Below, in pieces: positions 38,867 through 51,689 of a DNA stretch of 64,000 nt. Both the position numbers and the translations under genes were made by a program. Below the pieces are notes generated by a model, which made no database searches, was not told where the DNA came from, and worked only from the letters and a program-made list of their open reading frames with translations. Within the stretch, counting starts at the first letter, position 1, and each line of letters starts with the position of its first letter. Source of the DNA: Octopus bimaculoides. Taxonomy: Eukaryota. The stretch spans positions 149,613,999 through 149,677,998 of the forward strand of contig NC_068982.1 in the NCBI RefSeq assembly GCF_001194135.2, given 5' to 3'.

Positions 38867-40261
38867 ATATATATATATATATATATATACATACACACAC
38901 ACATATACATACATACATACACATGTGTGGTAGTTATAAAATGACTGGCTGGCACTGTCATATAAGCATAGAAGACCGAAACATTTCCAGTCTTCTATGA
39001 AAGCATATCCAGCCATGGGGAAATATTGCCTTGCTCGGATACAGGTGAGGATTGATGGCAGGAAGAGCAATCAGGCATAGAAAATCTGTCTCAACAAAAT
39101 TTCATCTGACCTATGCAAGCATGGAAATGTGAACATTAAATTAATGACAATGACAACAGTGATGATGATAATCACAAAGAGTTCTGTTAAAAACGCTAGA
39201 TATTTTTTTTCCTCACAGTACACTAACAAATCTCATATTTTTGCTGTTATTGTATTATCTTTTAGAATACAGACCAAAACTTGTCTCTTCAATTTCAGCA
39301 ATCATATTCCATGTCACATGTAATTTGCTTTGCATATCCAATCTTCTCTTGTATGATTGATTGAAGATTCTAGTCGGGGCTATAATAATGACAAGTAACG
39401 AGGATTCACTTGATTCATTGAGGTTCCCAGGAGACAGACAAAGTTTGATTAAGTAAAAATAGATAAAAAATAATTTTGTGATTTCTCAATCTGCTTAAAA
39501 TAACAGTCAAATGAGAACCATCAATAATAAGCTTTTTAAAATAAAAACTTTTTTAAATGGACCCTGTAAAGCAAACCAGTTCTTCGTTTTTAGCTTCATT
39601 TATTGTTAATTAACAACATGGATATGGTACCAGACATACCATAGCCACAGCATAACCACAGCATAAACACAACCTAGCTATTGCAACAATAAAAAGATTA
39701 AAAGAAACTAAAGTTTCCTCAAGAAATTTGAATAATTTCAATGAGATAGGAATATTGTCCAACCTAAAGCATACTTCCTCTACTGTAAGTCAATTCACAT
39801 TCAGGATACATTATAGAATGTAAACCAACCCCAGTTCTTGACTAGTGATGTATTTTATCGATCACAGAGGAATGAAAGTTAAATTTGACATTAGTGGAAT
39901 TTAAACTCAGAAGATAGAAGATTGCATCTAAATATCCTGTCAAACACTCTCACAATTTTGCCAATTCACCACTTCTACCATTTCCCTCCTCATCATCATC
40001 ATCGTTGTCGTCGTTGTTATAACATCTACTTTTTCAGATAGAATCCGCTTGGGCAGATATATTCTATAGCCAAATGTCCTTCCTGTTGCCATCCATCACA
40101 TATTTCCAAGCAAGGTAATTCCCCATGACTGGACATTTTTTTCATGGATGATTAGAAACAAATGACAGTAATACTTATAATGGTGATGCACATTTACAAT
40201 TATCATGCAATGTCAAGACAAGGAGACACAAATACACACATAAACAAGCATGCACACATGC

Positions 40262-41315
40262 TCTTTTTCACTTATCTTCAGCTTTATGTTAATTTCCACA
40301 ACTGTACACAGTTTCTCTTCTCTATCCCAAGTCTGTTGTGCTTACATTTTATTGAGGTTTTCACAGGGACATTCCAGCAGTATTCCTTTTTATTATAAGT
40401 GGCTATGGCTTCTACCATACTGTGGGTTCTTATTTCTTTGTCCTCGGGGTTATCCTTCAGACAGATTTATTTATAGAGTGTCCTAGTTACAACATCATGT
40501 CTCATTGGTAGATAATACTGTGATGATATTTTCAGACAACTGTTAATGATGTGGGTGATATCTTCAGTATTTTACTCCACAGAGTCTACATCGGTTGTCA
40601 CATATTACTGCTTTTCCTATATCTCTATCTTTTTTGTGCTTCAGGGATTTGGTTTATATTTCCTGTTCCTGAATTGCCAACACATACCCTTCAAAGTGGG
40701 AGGTGGTAATCTGGCTATTGGTCCATGATAAACTGCTTTGATGATCAATGTTATTTTCCTCTTGGAGCTTTCTACTAACATATCCATGCATAGTCCTCTG
40801 CTCATAAATGCTCATTCTTTCATCAAATGATACATTGTAGTAGACTTGTGTGACTTCTTTGGGCATGTATTTAAGGTTATCAGACAAGGAATGTTGAAGG
40901 AGCTGCCTTCCAAGTCTTATGATGTTATCAGCCACATGTATGCAAACTTGGTCAAGGGATGCACTTCGACACTTGGTGGTTAAAAGATGTTGCCAAAGGG
41001 ATATGATGCGACATTCAATGGCACTTTGGATCGATGTTAAGCCTCTGCTGACTTGTTTTCGTCTTAGGTAGAGGCAGTCTACATCACTGTTTATGTAGAA
41101 ACTATGTGTATTTGTTAGTATTTTGGGGATTTTTACATTGATAGCTCATATCTCATCAAGCATCCAATCAAGCAGCCCAAATGTTGGGATGAGTACTAGC
41201 ACTGCAAACACACTGTGGGCCACTGTTCTATTGAATGCAGAGAGTCTGAGGTCCAAATTTTCTTTATTCGGCTGTAATATTCTTTAGTAATACGTGTTTT
41301 GTTACAGGTGCCATT
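40262..41315 (-). mobile_element. R4/Dong-like LINE 3' ORF remnant (post-RT, CCHC knuckle, start of RLE)
   Basis: EYYSRIKKIWTS...VLIPTFGLLDW...RGLTSIQ...MHGYVSRKL...SHFEGYVLAIQEQEI...CRLCGVNTEDITHIINSC...RHDVV. Confidence 0.8.
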
Positions 41316-41586
41316 ATAAGATACGTATGCATGTATATATGTATGTATGTATGTATTTATGCATGCATGTATGTATGTAATGTCAGGTTGCACTTGAGTG
41401 CAACTGGTAATATATAACCCAGTACAGCCTGTTGCATGGTTAGGGTTTCAGTAACTACCTGGCAATACCAACAAACCAGCTTGGTGAGAAGGGTGGAGTG
41501 GATTTTTGGACACCCTGCAGGGTTGAAAATGCTCATAAAAGGGTAGTGTCAACAGTCATCCAATTACATGATATATATATATATAT

Positions 41587-41629
<43 letters not shown>

Positions 41630-41769
41630 CATACAGAAAGAGAAAAGATAAAAAGAAAACAGATTTGTTTTACAGGATTAAGGAGTATATTAGAGTCATA
41701 ATAATAAAGATATTATACATTCTTGTACAAAATAAAATTTTATCAAGCTAACACACACCCATACACATG

Positions 41770-41800
<31 letters not shown>

Positions 41801-41974
41801 GTACATATGTTTGTTTGTATGTATGTATGCTTGTATGTATGCATACTACCATGACACTTTAATATCCATTATTTTTGCAACAACTTTACCTTTTTTTAAC
41901 TGTGAAATCACTGAAATGACTTTCACTTTTGAAAAAAGAACCAACTTAAAGCAGCAAGCTGGCAGAATTGTTAG

Positions 41975-42165
41975 TACGCTGGTCAAAATACCTAGTGATA
42001 TTTCATCCATCTTTATGTTCTGAGTTCAAATTCCACTGAAGTCAACTTTGCCTTTCATTCTTTCAGGGTTGATAAAAAGAAGCCAGTTGAAGACTAAAGA
42101 CAATGTAATCAACTTAACCCCTCCCCAAAATTTCTGGCCTTGTCCCAAAATTTGAAACTAATATA
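41975..42165 (+). mobile_element. SINE family B, diverged
   Basis: gctggcagaattgttagtacgctgg...gagttcaaattcc...tttgcctttcattctttcagggttgataa. Confidence 0.65.
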
Positions 42166-43169
42166 ACAAAACTACCAATTCCAGCACCAAGCCACAGAGC
42201 AATTATTCCAATATCATGTTATCAGTTACAGTAATGATTTTCCTTTCCTAAAGAAAGGAGTGTACATAATTGATTTTATCATCCCTGAAATAGAATAAAA
42301 TTTTATTTTAAATCGTTATTTTACCCTAATGTTTTCAGATGGAATACAATATCAAAAGTAATAAATTCTAATTACAGTATGTTTATACACTATATAGCTT
42401 TTTTGTTTTTTTATTTAAAAAATGTGACTTTAATTAATTTGATGACTTTTTCAAAAAAAAAAAGCAAATAGTTTATGTTGAAATAAGTCTTTTCTTCACA
42501 GCATTTAACATGATTAGGGTGCCAATTACCAAGGGAGGTAACTCTATTATTGTTCTGAACTAAACCCTTTTTTCAATTATACATTTTTTTTTAATATCTC
42601 ATTACATGAAACCTATATTTTTGTCGAAATTATATAAAAATCATTACAACTTTTAAATTAATTTAAACTATTGAGAACACAATAAAGACTGATTTATTTA
42701 CTGGATCAATTGCTAAAAGAATTATAAAAGGTGGGAAAGGGAGAAGTGATGGTGTTAATCCTGTTTTGTTGAACAACACCAGTGCTCTAAAGGAAACTAT
42801 TTCAACTGAGAATCAAGCAGTGGATTTTATTTGCCAACAATTAATCCTTGTACTATAAACACTCACATCTCAGAAGTGGTGGACTTAATAATACAAAAAA
42901 TATTTACTAATCCCATTCAGGAACCCATAAGCTTAAAGTGGATTATAGGTGTTGCATAGCTGTCCTTGTTCATAATTCAGTAGTTGATCAAAGAAAATAC
43001 AAGGCAGTCAATTAACAGAGGTATTAGAGCATCAAATAAACTGACCGGCAGCATTTATTTCAGCTTTCTGTTCTAAGATTTCAAATCTCACCAAGGTCAA
43101 CTTTGCCTTTCTACCTTTCAGGGTCAATAAATAAAATGTCACTCCAATACTAATGTTAATTCTCCCCCC

Positions 43170-43490
43170 ACCCACCTCTCTCTCTCTCATTCTATCTATT
43201 TATCTCTCTATCTCTCTGTCTCTCTCTTTCTTTCTCTCTCTCCTCTCTCTCCCTTTTCTTCTCTCCCTCTCCTTCTCTCCTTCTCTCCTTCTCTCCCTCT
43301 CTATCTATGTATCTCTCTATTCCTCTCTTTCTATCCCTCTTTCTATTCCTTTCCTTCTATCTATCTATATCTATCTCTACCTATCTCTCTCATCCTCTCT
43401 ATTTACATCTAGCTCTATCGATCTCTCTCTCCTTCTCTCTCACTCTTTCTCCCTCTCTTTCTCTCTCTCCCTCTCCCCCCTTCTCTCTCG
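43170..43490. repeat. ~320-bp imperfect (CT)n / polypyrimidine tract
   Basis: Direct reading; explains the Leu/Ser ORFs at 43153 and 43307. Confidence 0.9.
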
Positions 43491-44290
43491 CTCTCCGACC
43501 CGGAAAAAGAGAGGCTCTCCTAGATTTATATTCCAAAGACTCAATATAAGTCACAACAGCACTTCCTCAATTCCAGCAGAGGATGAAGACCGAAGACAAG
43601 ACAAGACATAAATAGCACATCCAGTTTTGAAACAAAAAAAAAAAGTATGGCAAATATCTAAATTTGGTGCTGAATCCCACCCAAAGTAAGGATTTCCAGT
43701 AGAAGTAAACTATTTATGGCCTTACTTGTATACAAATATAAAGAGATGCAAAGATTGCTTTCACCATGAAAAAATTAAAATAAAGCATTGCATATTATTA
43801 CATCACATTTCCAGTTGATCTGCAATTGTCTGGCTCTATTGGTGCATTGAAGTATCACTTTAAGCATCCGTTTTCTTTCATCTCCATTCCATTTCCTTTG
43901 GAATTAATAACTTCAGTCCTCATGTCTGTATTTTCGTTGGAATTTATTTTGTCGTGATTTGTGTGAATTTTAGTTTTTACTATTCAATCTGTTTCCTTTC
44001 CGTAGTACCTTGGGTGGGATGGGTATGAAGAGTATTGGATATTTGAATTGTCGGAGAAATTACTTTATTTTGGTTGGATGACATTCCTAACAGGAACTAC
44101 TCAACTGTGAAATTGAGTCTGACATTTTATTTTCAACTAAGACGACTGAAGCTTGTAGAAATGGAAGGAAAGTTGGGTGGAGGGATGGATTGATGGAGGG
44201 AGGAGGGAAGGGGGAAGGAGGAAGTGATAGATGGATGGGTGGGTGGACAGTCAGATGGATGGATGGATGGAGGAATAGATGGATAGAGCT

Positions 44291-44553
44291 GTCAAGTCAA
44301 AACTGACTTCTAGTGACTCTGTGGGTTTCTACAAGGATTTCCTGGTACAAGGCAGAGGTTGTTTGCCATTATCTTCTTTTGAAATTTGGTTTTCTTCCAG
44401 GTTTAACTGAATCAGTACCTATTTACAGCTAAGTTGATAGGACCATTTTGTGAGTTAGCTGTTGTACCACTAATTCAATGCAATACTCAAGAGAGGATTT
44501 GAACTACTGACCTCTCACCTGAAGGTCTACCACACTATTCATGAGGCCAGCTA
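44291..44553 (-). mobile_element. tRNA-headed SINE with BovB/RTE-like tail
   Basis: Minus-strand head ...ggtcagtagttcaaatcc; tail aagataatggcaaacaacctctgcc...ggaaatcc...gtcactagaagtcagttttgacttgac resembles the BovB 3' end as I remember it. Confidence 0.5.
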
Positions 44554-44984
44554 CACACCAAATCCTTTTGTCTACCAACTTTCACTCACAAAGCTTCGAT
44601 CAATCTAAAGCTATAGCAGAAGACACTTGCTCAAGTTATCTGCAATGGGATCAAACTCAGAAACTCAGGGTTTTGAAGCAAACTCCTTAACCATGTAACC
44701 ATGATACAGTAGAATAATATATTGCAGAAGAGACAACATAGAAGAGTTTTGTAATTTAGCCATAGGTCAGCAACAAACAAGCAAACCCTAAAGTATCCCA
44801 GTTATGACTATTATTCAAACAGTATTTCTAAGACTACATATTATTAAAGACAACAAGATATGATATGAGGAGATTTCATGACCATTTCTAACAGATAATA
44901 GGCATGTAAAATCATGATCCAGTTGCACTGCTTACATAGATTCTGGTGATTCTCTGTCACCATCCAATTCTATTGTTCACCATA

Positions 44985-45420
44985 TTCGGCAGGTGAGAGG
45001 AATTGCAGTTTATGTTGTCACAAATCTGCTAGATATAGATCTTGGCTTGCCACCCTTTGCTAGCTCTTCCTTGCGTTGGCCTCCAAAAATAACTTCACTG
45101 ACAAATTCATCTTTAGCTCCCCAGCAATTCCATGCCAGTCTGACTCTACACTCTTTGATGATCTCTGATACTGGAAGAAGCTTCCCATGCAGTCACTCAT
45201 TGGTCAGATGATCTCTTTCGGTGAGATACACAGCTACCCTTAGCATCGAGCTCTATCCAGTCTTCTTTTTAATTTTTTGAAGTAAGGGTCCATGCTGAGC
45301 AGCCATACAATTGAACAGTGGTAAGAGTTTCTTGAAAGAGGTTCCTTTTCATGTTGTCTGGAAGTCTAGACTTCCACACTAGAGACAACTTGTTGATGAC
45401 ACTCCAAAAGAGATAGTTTA
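44985..45420 (-). mobile_element. Second RTE-like LINE family, C-terminal remnant
   Basis: Minus-strand LSLVWKSRLPDNMKRNLFQ...LYGCSAWTLT...MLRVA...HLTNE.LHGKL...RVRLAWNCW...GGKPR. Confidence 0.6.
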
Positions 45421-45904
45421 TCACAATTGATTGCTTACAGGGTGCTTTATCATGTTAACTTACAGTCATTAGTGTTTAATATGTTTCCTTAAAAACATTT
45501 CGTAAACTACAATTGTAAATTATTAAATATAATGCTAGAACGTATTTCATGTTTCCAGAATAATGCATTATGGATGAATAGCTTTTGAGCTATAATATTA
45601 GTCTATTGTAAATTTGTTTATTTGTTTGTTTCTGTTGGTTGATCTGTTTTTGGCATTTTGTTTGATTTCCTTCATATGAACTAATACCAGTTTTCACCTT
45701 CATAAACAGAAATACTTGAAGCAAACATGAAGTAAACATGTCCAAAGACGCAGGCAATGTTAACACTGAAGTCTATTGAATTCAGACAGATGTAGTACAG
45801 TTACCAGTCAAGGACAACCTAAGGGTTAGTCAATTGACTTATGAATCCACTTCACTATAAAAAGTACTTTTGTGTTTATTTATTTATTTTTAAAATGATT
45901 CAAC

Positions 45905-46230
45905 TGTCTGGGAGGCTCCCTAGAAACAGTAAACAGTTTCTGTTACCTAGGTGATCTTATCAGCAGCAGAGGAAACTGTTGTGAAAGCACAGCAACCAGA
46001 GTAAGGATAGTTAATGAAGGGCTTCTTTCTGTGGGTGAAGGGTAGATTGTATGTGAAGTGCAATATTGCCTGGTAACAAGACATTGGCATTGAATCCTCA
46101 AATATCAAGAATTTTGGAGAAGAAAACAGAGGACAATGCGAGATGCTATACTAAAGCAGACCTAGTTAGCTGATGCTAGCATTGAAAAACTGATGTAAAA
46201 AAATGATGATGATGATGATGACAACGATAG
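45905..46230 (+). mobile_element. Degenerate RTE fragment with (GAT)n tail
   Basis: LETVNSFCYLGDLISSRGNCCESTATRVRI. Confidence 0.6.
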
Positions 46231-46409
46231 TGGTAGCAGCAATGTTAGTAGCTGTGATGGTTGGTAGTATGGCAGTGGTGGTGGTGGTGGTGGCAATTGT
46301 GATAGCAGCAGTGGTGCTAAAATTTTACAATACAGTGTCTAATACAACATATAGTTCTGTGCACTCATTCCACATACTAGAGACTACAAAAGGAAACTGG
46401 ATACAATGT

Positions 46410-47760
46410 GGGAATAAAGAAAGAGTGACCGAAGAATAATAAACCAAACTAAGAAAATATGACAATCCAAACTCTTCTCTTACAAGACAATATCCCAGAA
46501 TGCATATGCAGTACCAGTATTGATTCCAACATTTGGGGTATATGACTGGTCTGTAAAATAAATGCGCTCCATAGACATTAAAACCTGCAAGATTCTAAAA
46601 TCAACTGGGAATCTCTACAAAAATAGCGATATCAACAGGTTCTACCTAAGAAGAGATAAAGGAGGTAGGGGCTTGTGATCAGTGCAGACAGCCTTTGAGT
46701 GTCGCATAGTTTCTCTCTCAGTCAGTAACTTACAAAAATAAATACATTAACTTTGTTGAAAAGAAGAAAACAACATCCTACATGTTGGAAGTGAGCTCTG
46801 CAGGAAATACTCTTTTCCTGGTGACCTCCCATACAACCCCAAATCAGCCGGACTAGCATACCTCAAAGAAGACCTGGAAATGAAACACTCAACATACCAA
46901 AAAGAAGACCATGCATGGGTATGTTTCTTGAAGACTTGAATAGGACAGTAATATTGACATGAAGCAAAGCCTGTCTTGGACTTGTGACTACTACATCACA
47001 CTTCAAAGGCTATGCATTTGCAGTCCAAGAACTGGAGATTGCTGCTAAATACCTAATCAACAAAAGAGACAGTGAAGCCTTTGTAGTTCCAAGATGCAAC
47101 CGTAAATGTAGATTGTGACATATTTCTGTGAAAGACATCACACATGGGATTAGCAGCTGCCCAAAAATGTCATCAAGGTACAACCTCCCTATGCAACATG
47201 ACGTTGTCACAAAAACAATATACAATGCTATTTGGAAAAAGGCTGTCCTAGTATTAATATAGAGAACCCCCTGTTATTGAATACATACGCAAATACCAGT
47301 ACAAGGAATACTGGTGGAACATTCCCATCAAAACATTGTCAAGTATAAGCATAACAGGTCAGATATTGATGTTTGGAACAGACAAGAATAAGTATGTGCC
47401 ATCATAGAGGTCAGCTGTCCTGCTCACGTGAATATCTCTTTGAAAATCAAAAGGAAAGATGGTAACTATGGACAACTGCTTCAAAACCTCCAGTTTCTAT
47501 ATCCGAATTACAAATTCATATTTATACCAATAATAATTGGAGCGTTTTGTAAGTAAATACCTGACTGTCACTCTGGATCAGCTTGAATTTTCAGAAAAAT
47601 ATGTCAACCAACTGAACCACACATTACAAATACAATCTGTAAGTGGAGCAGTAAAACTATGCAAAACTTTTTTCAGGTTTAAAAAGTGACATTGTTTTCA
47701 TTATCTACATTCCAAAGTTTTGTATCTTTGTTAGAAACTAGCTCCTTCTTCAGAGGAAGA
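46410..47760 (+). mobile_element. R4/Dong-like LINE 3' ORF remnant including the RLE domain
   Basis: AVPVLIPTFG, DKGGRGL, MHGYVS, CRL.., WWNIPIKT, HNRSDI, IIEVSCP, YKFIFIPIIIGAF; multiple stops; same family as 40262-41315. Confidence 0.8.
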
Positions 47761-48000
47761 ATTTAAATGATTAAATACAAAAGAGACGCATACATACACA
47801 TATACATACATAAATACATACATGTGTGTGTGTGTGTGTGTGTTTGTGTGCATAGTATACAAAGACATCAAAAATAAAACTATTTCTTTTAACATTCTAT
47901 ATGATGTAAAACATTGGAAAAATCTGTGAGAACAACCTGGGTACAAATAAAAAAAATAATAGGAAGATTCTTCACCTGCTTCATGTAACTGCACAATATT

Positions 48001-48422
48001 CTTTTCTACTCTAAGCACAAGGCTTTGGGTGAGGGGACCCAAATTAGATCGACTCCAGTTCACAACTGGTACTTAATTTATCGACCCTGAAAGGATGAAA
48101 GGCAAAATCGACCTTGACGGAATTTGAACTCAGAACCTAAAGACAGACAAAATACCACTAAGCATTTCACCCGGCGCGCTAACGTTTCTTATTTCTTTAT
48201 TGCCCACAAGGGGCTAAACATAGAGGGGACAAACAAGGACAGACAAATGGATTAAGTCAATTACATCGACCCCAGTGCGTAACTGGTACTTAATTTATCA
48301 ACCCCAAAAGGATGAAAGGCGAAGTCTACCTCGGCGGAATTTGAACTCAGAACCTAAAGACAAACAAAATACCACGAAGCATTTCGCCCGGCATGCTAAT
48401 GTTTCTGCCAGCTCACCACCTT
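48001..48422 (-). mobile_element. Dimeric SINE B (long-tailed unit plus head-less short unit) inside one 17-bp TSD
   Basis: tgtaactgcacaatatt at 47984-48000 and 48423-48439. Confidence 0.8.
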
Positions 48423-49572
48423 TGTAACTGCACAATATTTCTTAATAAATTTATTTTTGTTAATCACTTTAATTTGAACAGAAAAGTAGTGGTCCATATT
48501 GTCAAGTATCAATTTTATAAACGACAGAGTTATTCCGCAGAAAAGAATTTCCCAAAGAAGGAACATGTTTAAAAATCTTTTCCTTGTTTTTTTTTTCCTT
48601 TATTTTTCATGGGGGAAGGGGACATGCTAACTGTATTTGCCTTTTTTTTTAATTATAAAATCCATATTTTATATATTTTTATGCTTTCTGTTCAAAATTT
48701 AAGAACACTTTCTCACTCATAATACAAATGAAATAAACACAGCAAGAAGACTGTTAAAATGGTTAAATTCAAACAGAAAGACCAAGAGTAGTGGGCCTGC
48801 TGAAGTACTCTTAGACATTTTATCAGCTGCTGCCATGCCATAGATCTTCGCGCACAAAGTTAAGTGTGGCTACACAACGATAACAACAACAACAACAACA
48901 ATGAATGAACATGTACAGTTCATCAACATTTGATATACAACTGAAAGGAAATATGAGAAGATCAAAAGAGTAAAGATAAAAACAAGAAAAAAAACAGTCA
49001 AGAAAACATCTAATAAAAAGAATGAAGAATACTGAGAGCAAAGAAGAAAAAGAGATTAAAGAATATTCAACTACTAATTTTCTTTCCTATAAATTATCAT
49101 AAAAGAGCCAAATATTATTGACCATGTTTTTGTTTTTTGTTGATTTCTTTTATTTTTGTTGTTTTTTTTCTCTTTATTTTTCTTTTTTTTTTTATCTTGC
49201 AATTCTTCTTCAACTCTGAAAACCAGTAAGATTCAATAGATTTACAGGGTGAAATGGCGGGGAAAAGATAGTATGACCCACCAACTGCATAATAGCTGCA
49301 GGTAAGTATTGCAAGTAATCAATACTTATTGCTATAATTAGCTTACCCTGTCAGTATTGAAATACCAGCTACACTAACAAAAACAACAACATGCCCTGAC
49401 TGTAATTCTGTATGGCACACTCTCAAGCATTCTGTGATGTAGTGTGCTATGAATGTCTACCAGATGAAAAGAGTACTGTTAGAATACAGGATCTATGGGT
49501 CATTTACTAAAATCTTTTGCTGAATTTAGGTCAGCTAAAATAGACTTAAGAACAACTAAAATGATATTGCTA

Positions 49573-49751
49573 CAGGCACAGGTGTGGCTGTGTGATTAAG
49601 AGACTTCCTTCCCAGTCGTGTGGTCTTGAGTTCAGTTCCATTACACAGCACCTTGGGCAAGTGTCTGTTATTGTAGCCCTGGGCCCACCAAAGCTTTGTG
49701 AGTGGATTTGATAGGCAAAAACTGTAAGAAGCCCATTATAGATCAATCAGT

Positions 49752-49805
<54 letters not shown>

Positions 49806-50100
49806 GCAGACAGACAGAATGATAGATGTGTATGTATATTTGTGTGTGTGTGTGTGTGTGTGTGTGTCTGTCTGTGTGTGTCTGCAAGTGTCTGCTATTG
49901 TAGCCCTTGGCCTACCAAAGCTTTGTGAGTGGATTTGATAGGCAAAAACTGTAAGAAGCCCATCATAGATCAATCAGTAGATAGATAGACAGACAGAGGC
50001 AGGCAGATAGACAGACAGAATGATAGATGTGTATGTATATTTGTGTGTATGTGTGTGTGTGTGTATGTGTGTGTGCATGTGCATGTGTGTGTGTGTGTGT
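49573..50100 (+). mobile_element. SINE family A 5' half with ~230-bp internal tandem duplication
   Basis: aagtgtctg.tattgtagccct...gtaagaagccca...(agac)n...(tg)n occurs twice (~49660 and ~49886). Confidence 0.7.
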
Positions 50101-50231
50101 TTTTGTGTACCTCTGTTTTGATATCATGCAATTGTGTAAACAAGCATCACTGTCATCCAAGCCATGTTGCTTGTTTCCAGTCTTCTGTGGAAAACATCTG
50201 GTTATAGAAAAATATTACCCTGTTGGAAATA

Positions 50232-50883
50232 CTGTAAAAACCTATACAATTTGCACACCTGCGTAAATTACACAGGTGATTTTCAGGATAAAATTTGTCA
50301 AAAAAAGCTTCTACTCATGAAAAATTCGTACCCAAACATTTTCAGAATTGCCAATATGGCCAGGGGGAAAAGGTTTTCAATTTAGTTGTATTTAGCATAA
50401 TTTCACTAACTTATGATTAGAATTTAGTAAATTTTCATAAAATAAAAATAATTTCTGTTTATCAGGTTTCACATTAAAAGCTATTAAATTAGAAAGTGTT
50501 TGTGTTGTTTATAATAAACTTTATTTCATATTTCTTGCCCACAAGAGATTATGTCCGATCTTTAGTATACTACTGTATGTCTTCATAAATCATGATCACA
50601 GGGAAAGTTATTGATAAGAATTATCAACAAAAACAAAACTGATAAATATGCACAGGTGTTGCAAATTAGGTTTAATTACCAATAAAGATTAATGGTTTTA
50701 GTAAATTTATACAGAAAAAGTAAGCAACTTCCAGTATGAATGTTTACATTTTGTATGTCTTTTTTCAACAAAAAATGATTTCTAAACAAATTCTGAAAAT
50801 GATCTACTCATGTAATTTATGCACCCCTAAAATTTATTTTTATTTTTGTGAAAAAAATGTGTAAATTACATGGGTTTTTATGG
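50232..50883. mobile_element. Tc1/mariner-superfamily (pogo/Tigger-like) non-autonomous element with TA TSD
   Basis: Left TA|CTGTAAAAACCTATACAATTTGCAC; right-end reverse complement TA|CCATAAAAACCCATGTAATTTACAC. Confidence 0.65.
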
Positions 50884-51099
50884 TACATGAAAATTGGCAA
50901 CAGGAAGGGCATTCATCCAGTCATAGAAAAATCTGCTTCAGCAAATTCCATCTGACACATGCAAGCATGGAGAAAGGGGTGTTAAATGATGATGAATGTC
51001 AGCTATATCATGTGACAGCATGGCAAACCACAACACAGGCCTCCCACTAATCATTATGTTCAACCATTTCTCCCCCAAACAACCACCCCTTAAAGGAGA

Positions 51100-51490
51100 T
51101 GCAGTAGAAAAAACAGGCAGATTAACAGAGAAAGTAAGTTTCATATGTGACAGATACACTGGAGCAGTACAAAACATGAACACAGTGGAAATAGATTCTC
51201 TTAGATACCTGGATGTCACACAAGTAGTCAGCAGCTTTTGTTACCTTGGTGATATAATTAACAGGAGAGGTGATAGCTCTGAAAGTATAATAGCCAGGGT
51301 ATGAACGGCTGGAAAAAGTTCAGGTTTAGTTTCTACCACTGTTGGTAACAAGGGTCTTTTCTCTCAGAGGGAAGATTGTGCGATGCTTGTGTTAGAACTG
51401 GAGCATTGCAAGGTACTGAGGCATGGGCTCTGAATGTAGAAAACTTAGGAAAACTGGGCTCTGAATGTAAAAAACTTAAGAAACTGGAAC
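51100..51490 (+). mobile_element. Degenerate RTE fragment
   Basis: GRLTEKVSFICDRYTGAV...QVVSSFCYLGDIINRRGDSSESIIARV; 31-bp tandem duplication at ~51425-51487. Confidence 0.65.
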
Positions 51491-51689
51491 CACACAGCTA
51501 CGCCTGGATCTATTTATAATTTATAAATGTTTTTTCTTTATGCCACTTGGTAGTCAGTGAAGGTAAGAAATAGGTATAGATCCTTCGGTTATAAGATCTT
51601 TAAAAATAGGGCTTTATACACGCCACAGAGTCTGGAAAACTGGCTTTATAAGCCTATAGTTCATAAGGTCAGTTTCCCAAATTCTGAGG

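Noticed and set aside
43860-44160. Short open frames on both strands after polypyrimidine tracts
   Set aside because: All frames terminate within ~45 codons, and the phases do not connect to the 48717 donor without an early stop.
44170-44285. G-rich tract with G-quadruplex potential
   Set aside because: A degenerate GGAT/GGAG microsatellite with no supporting context.
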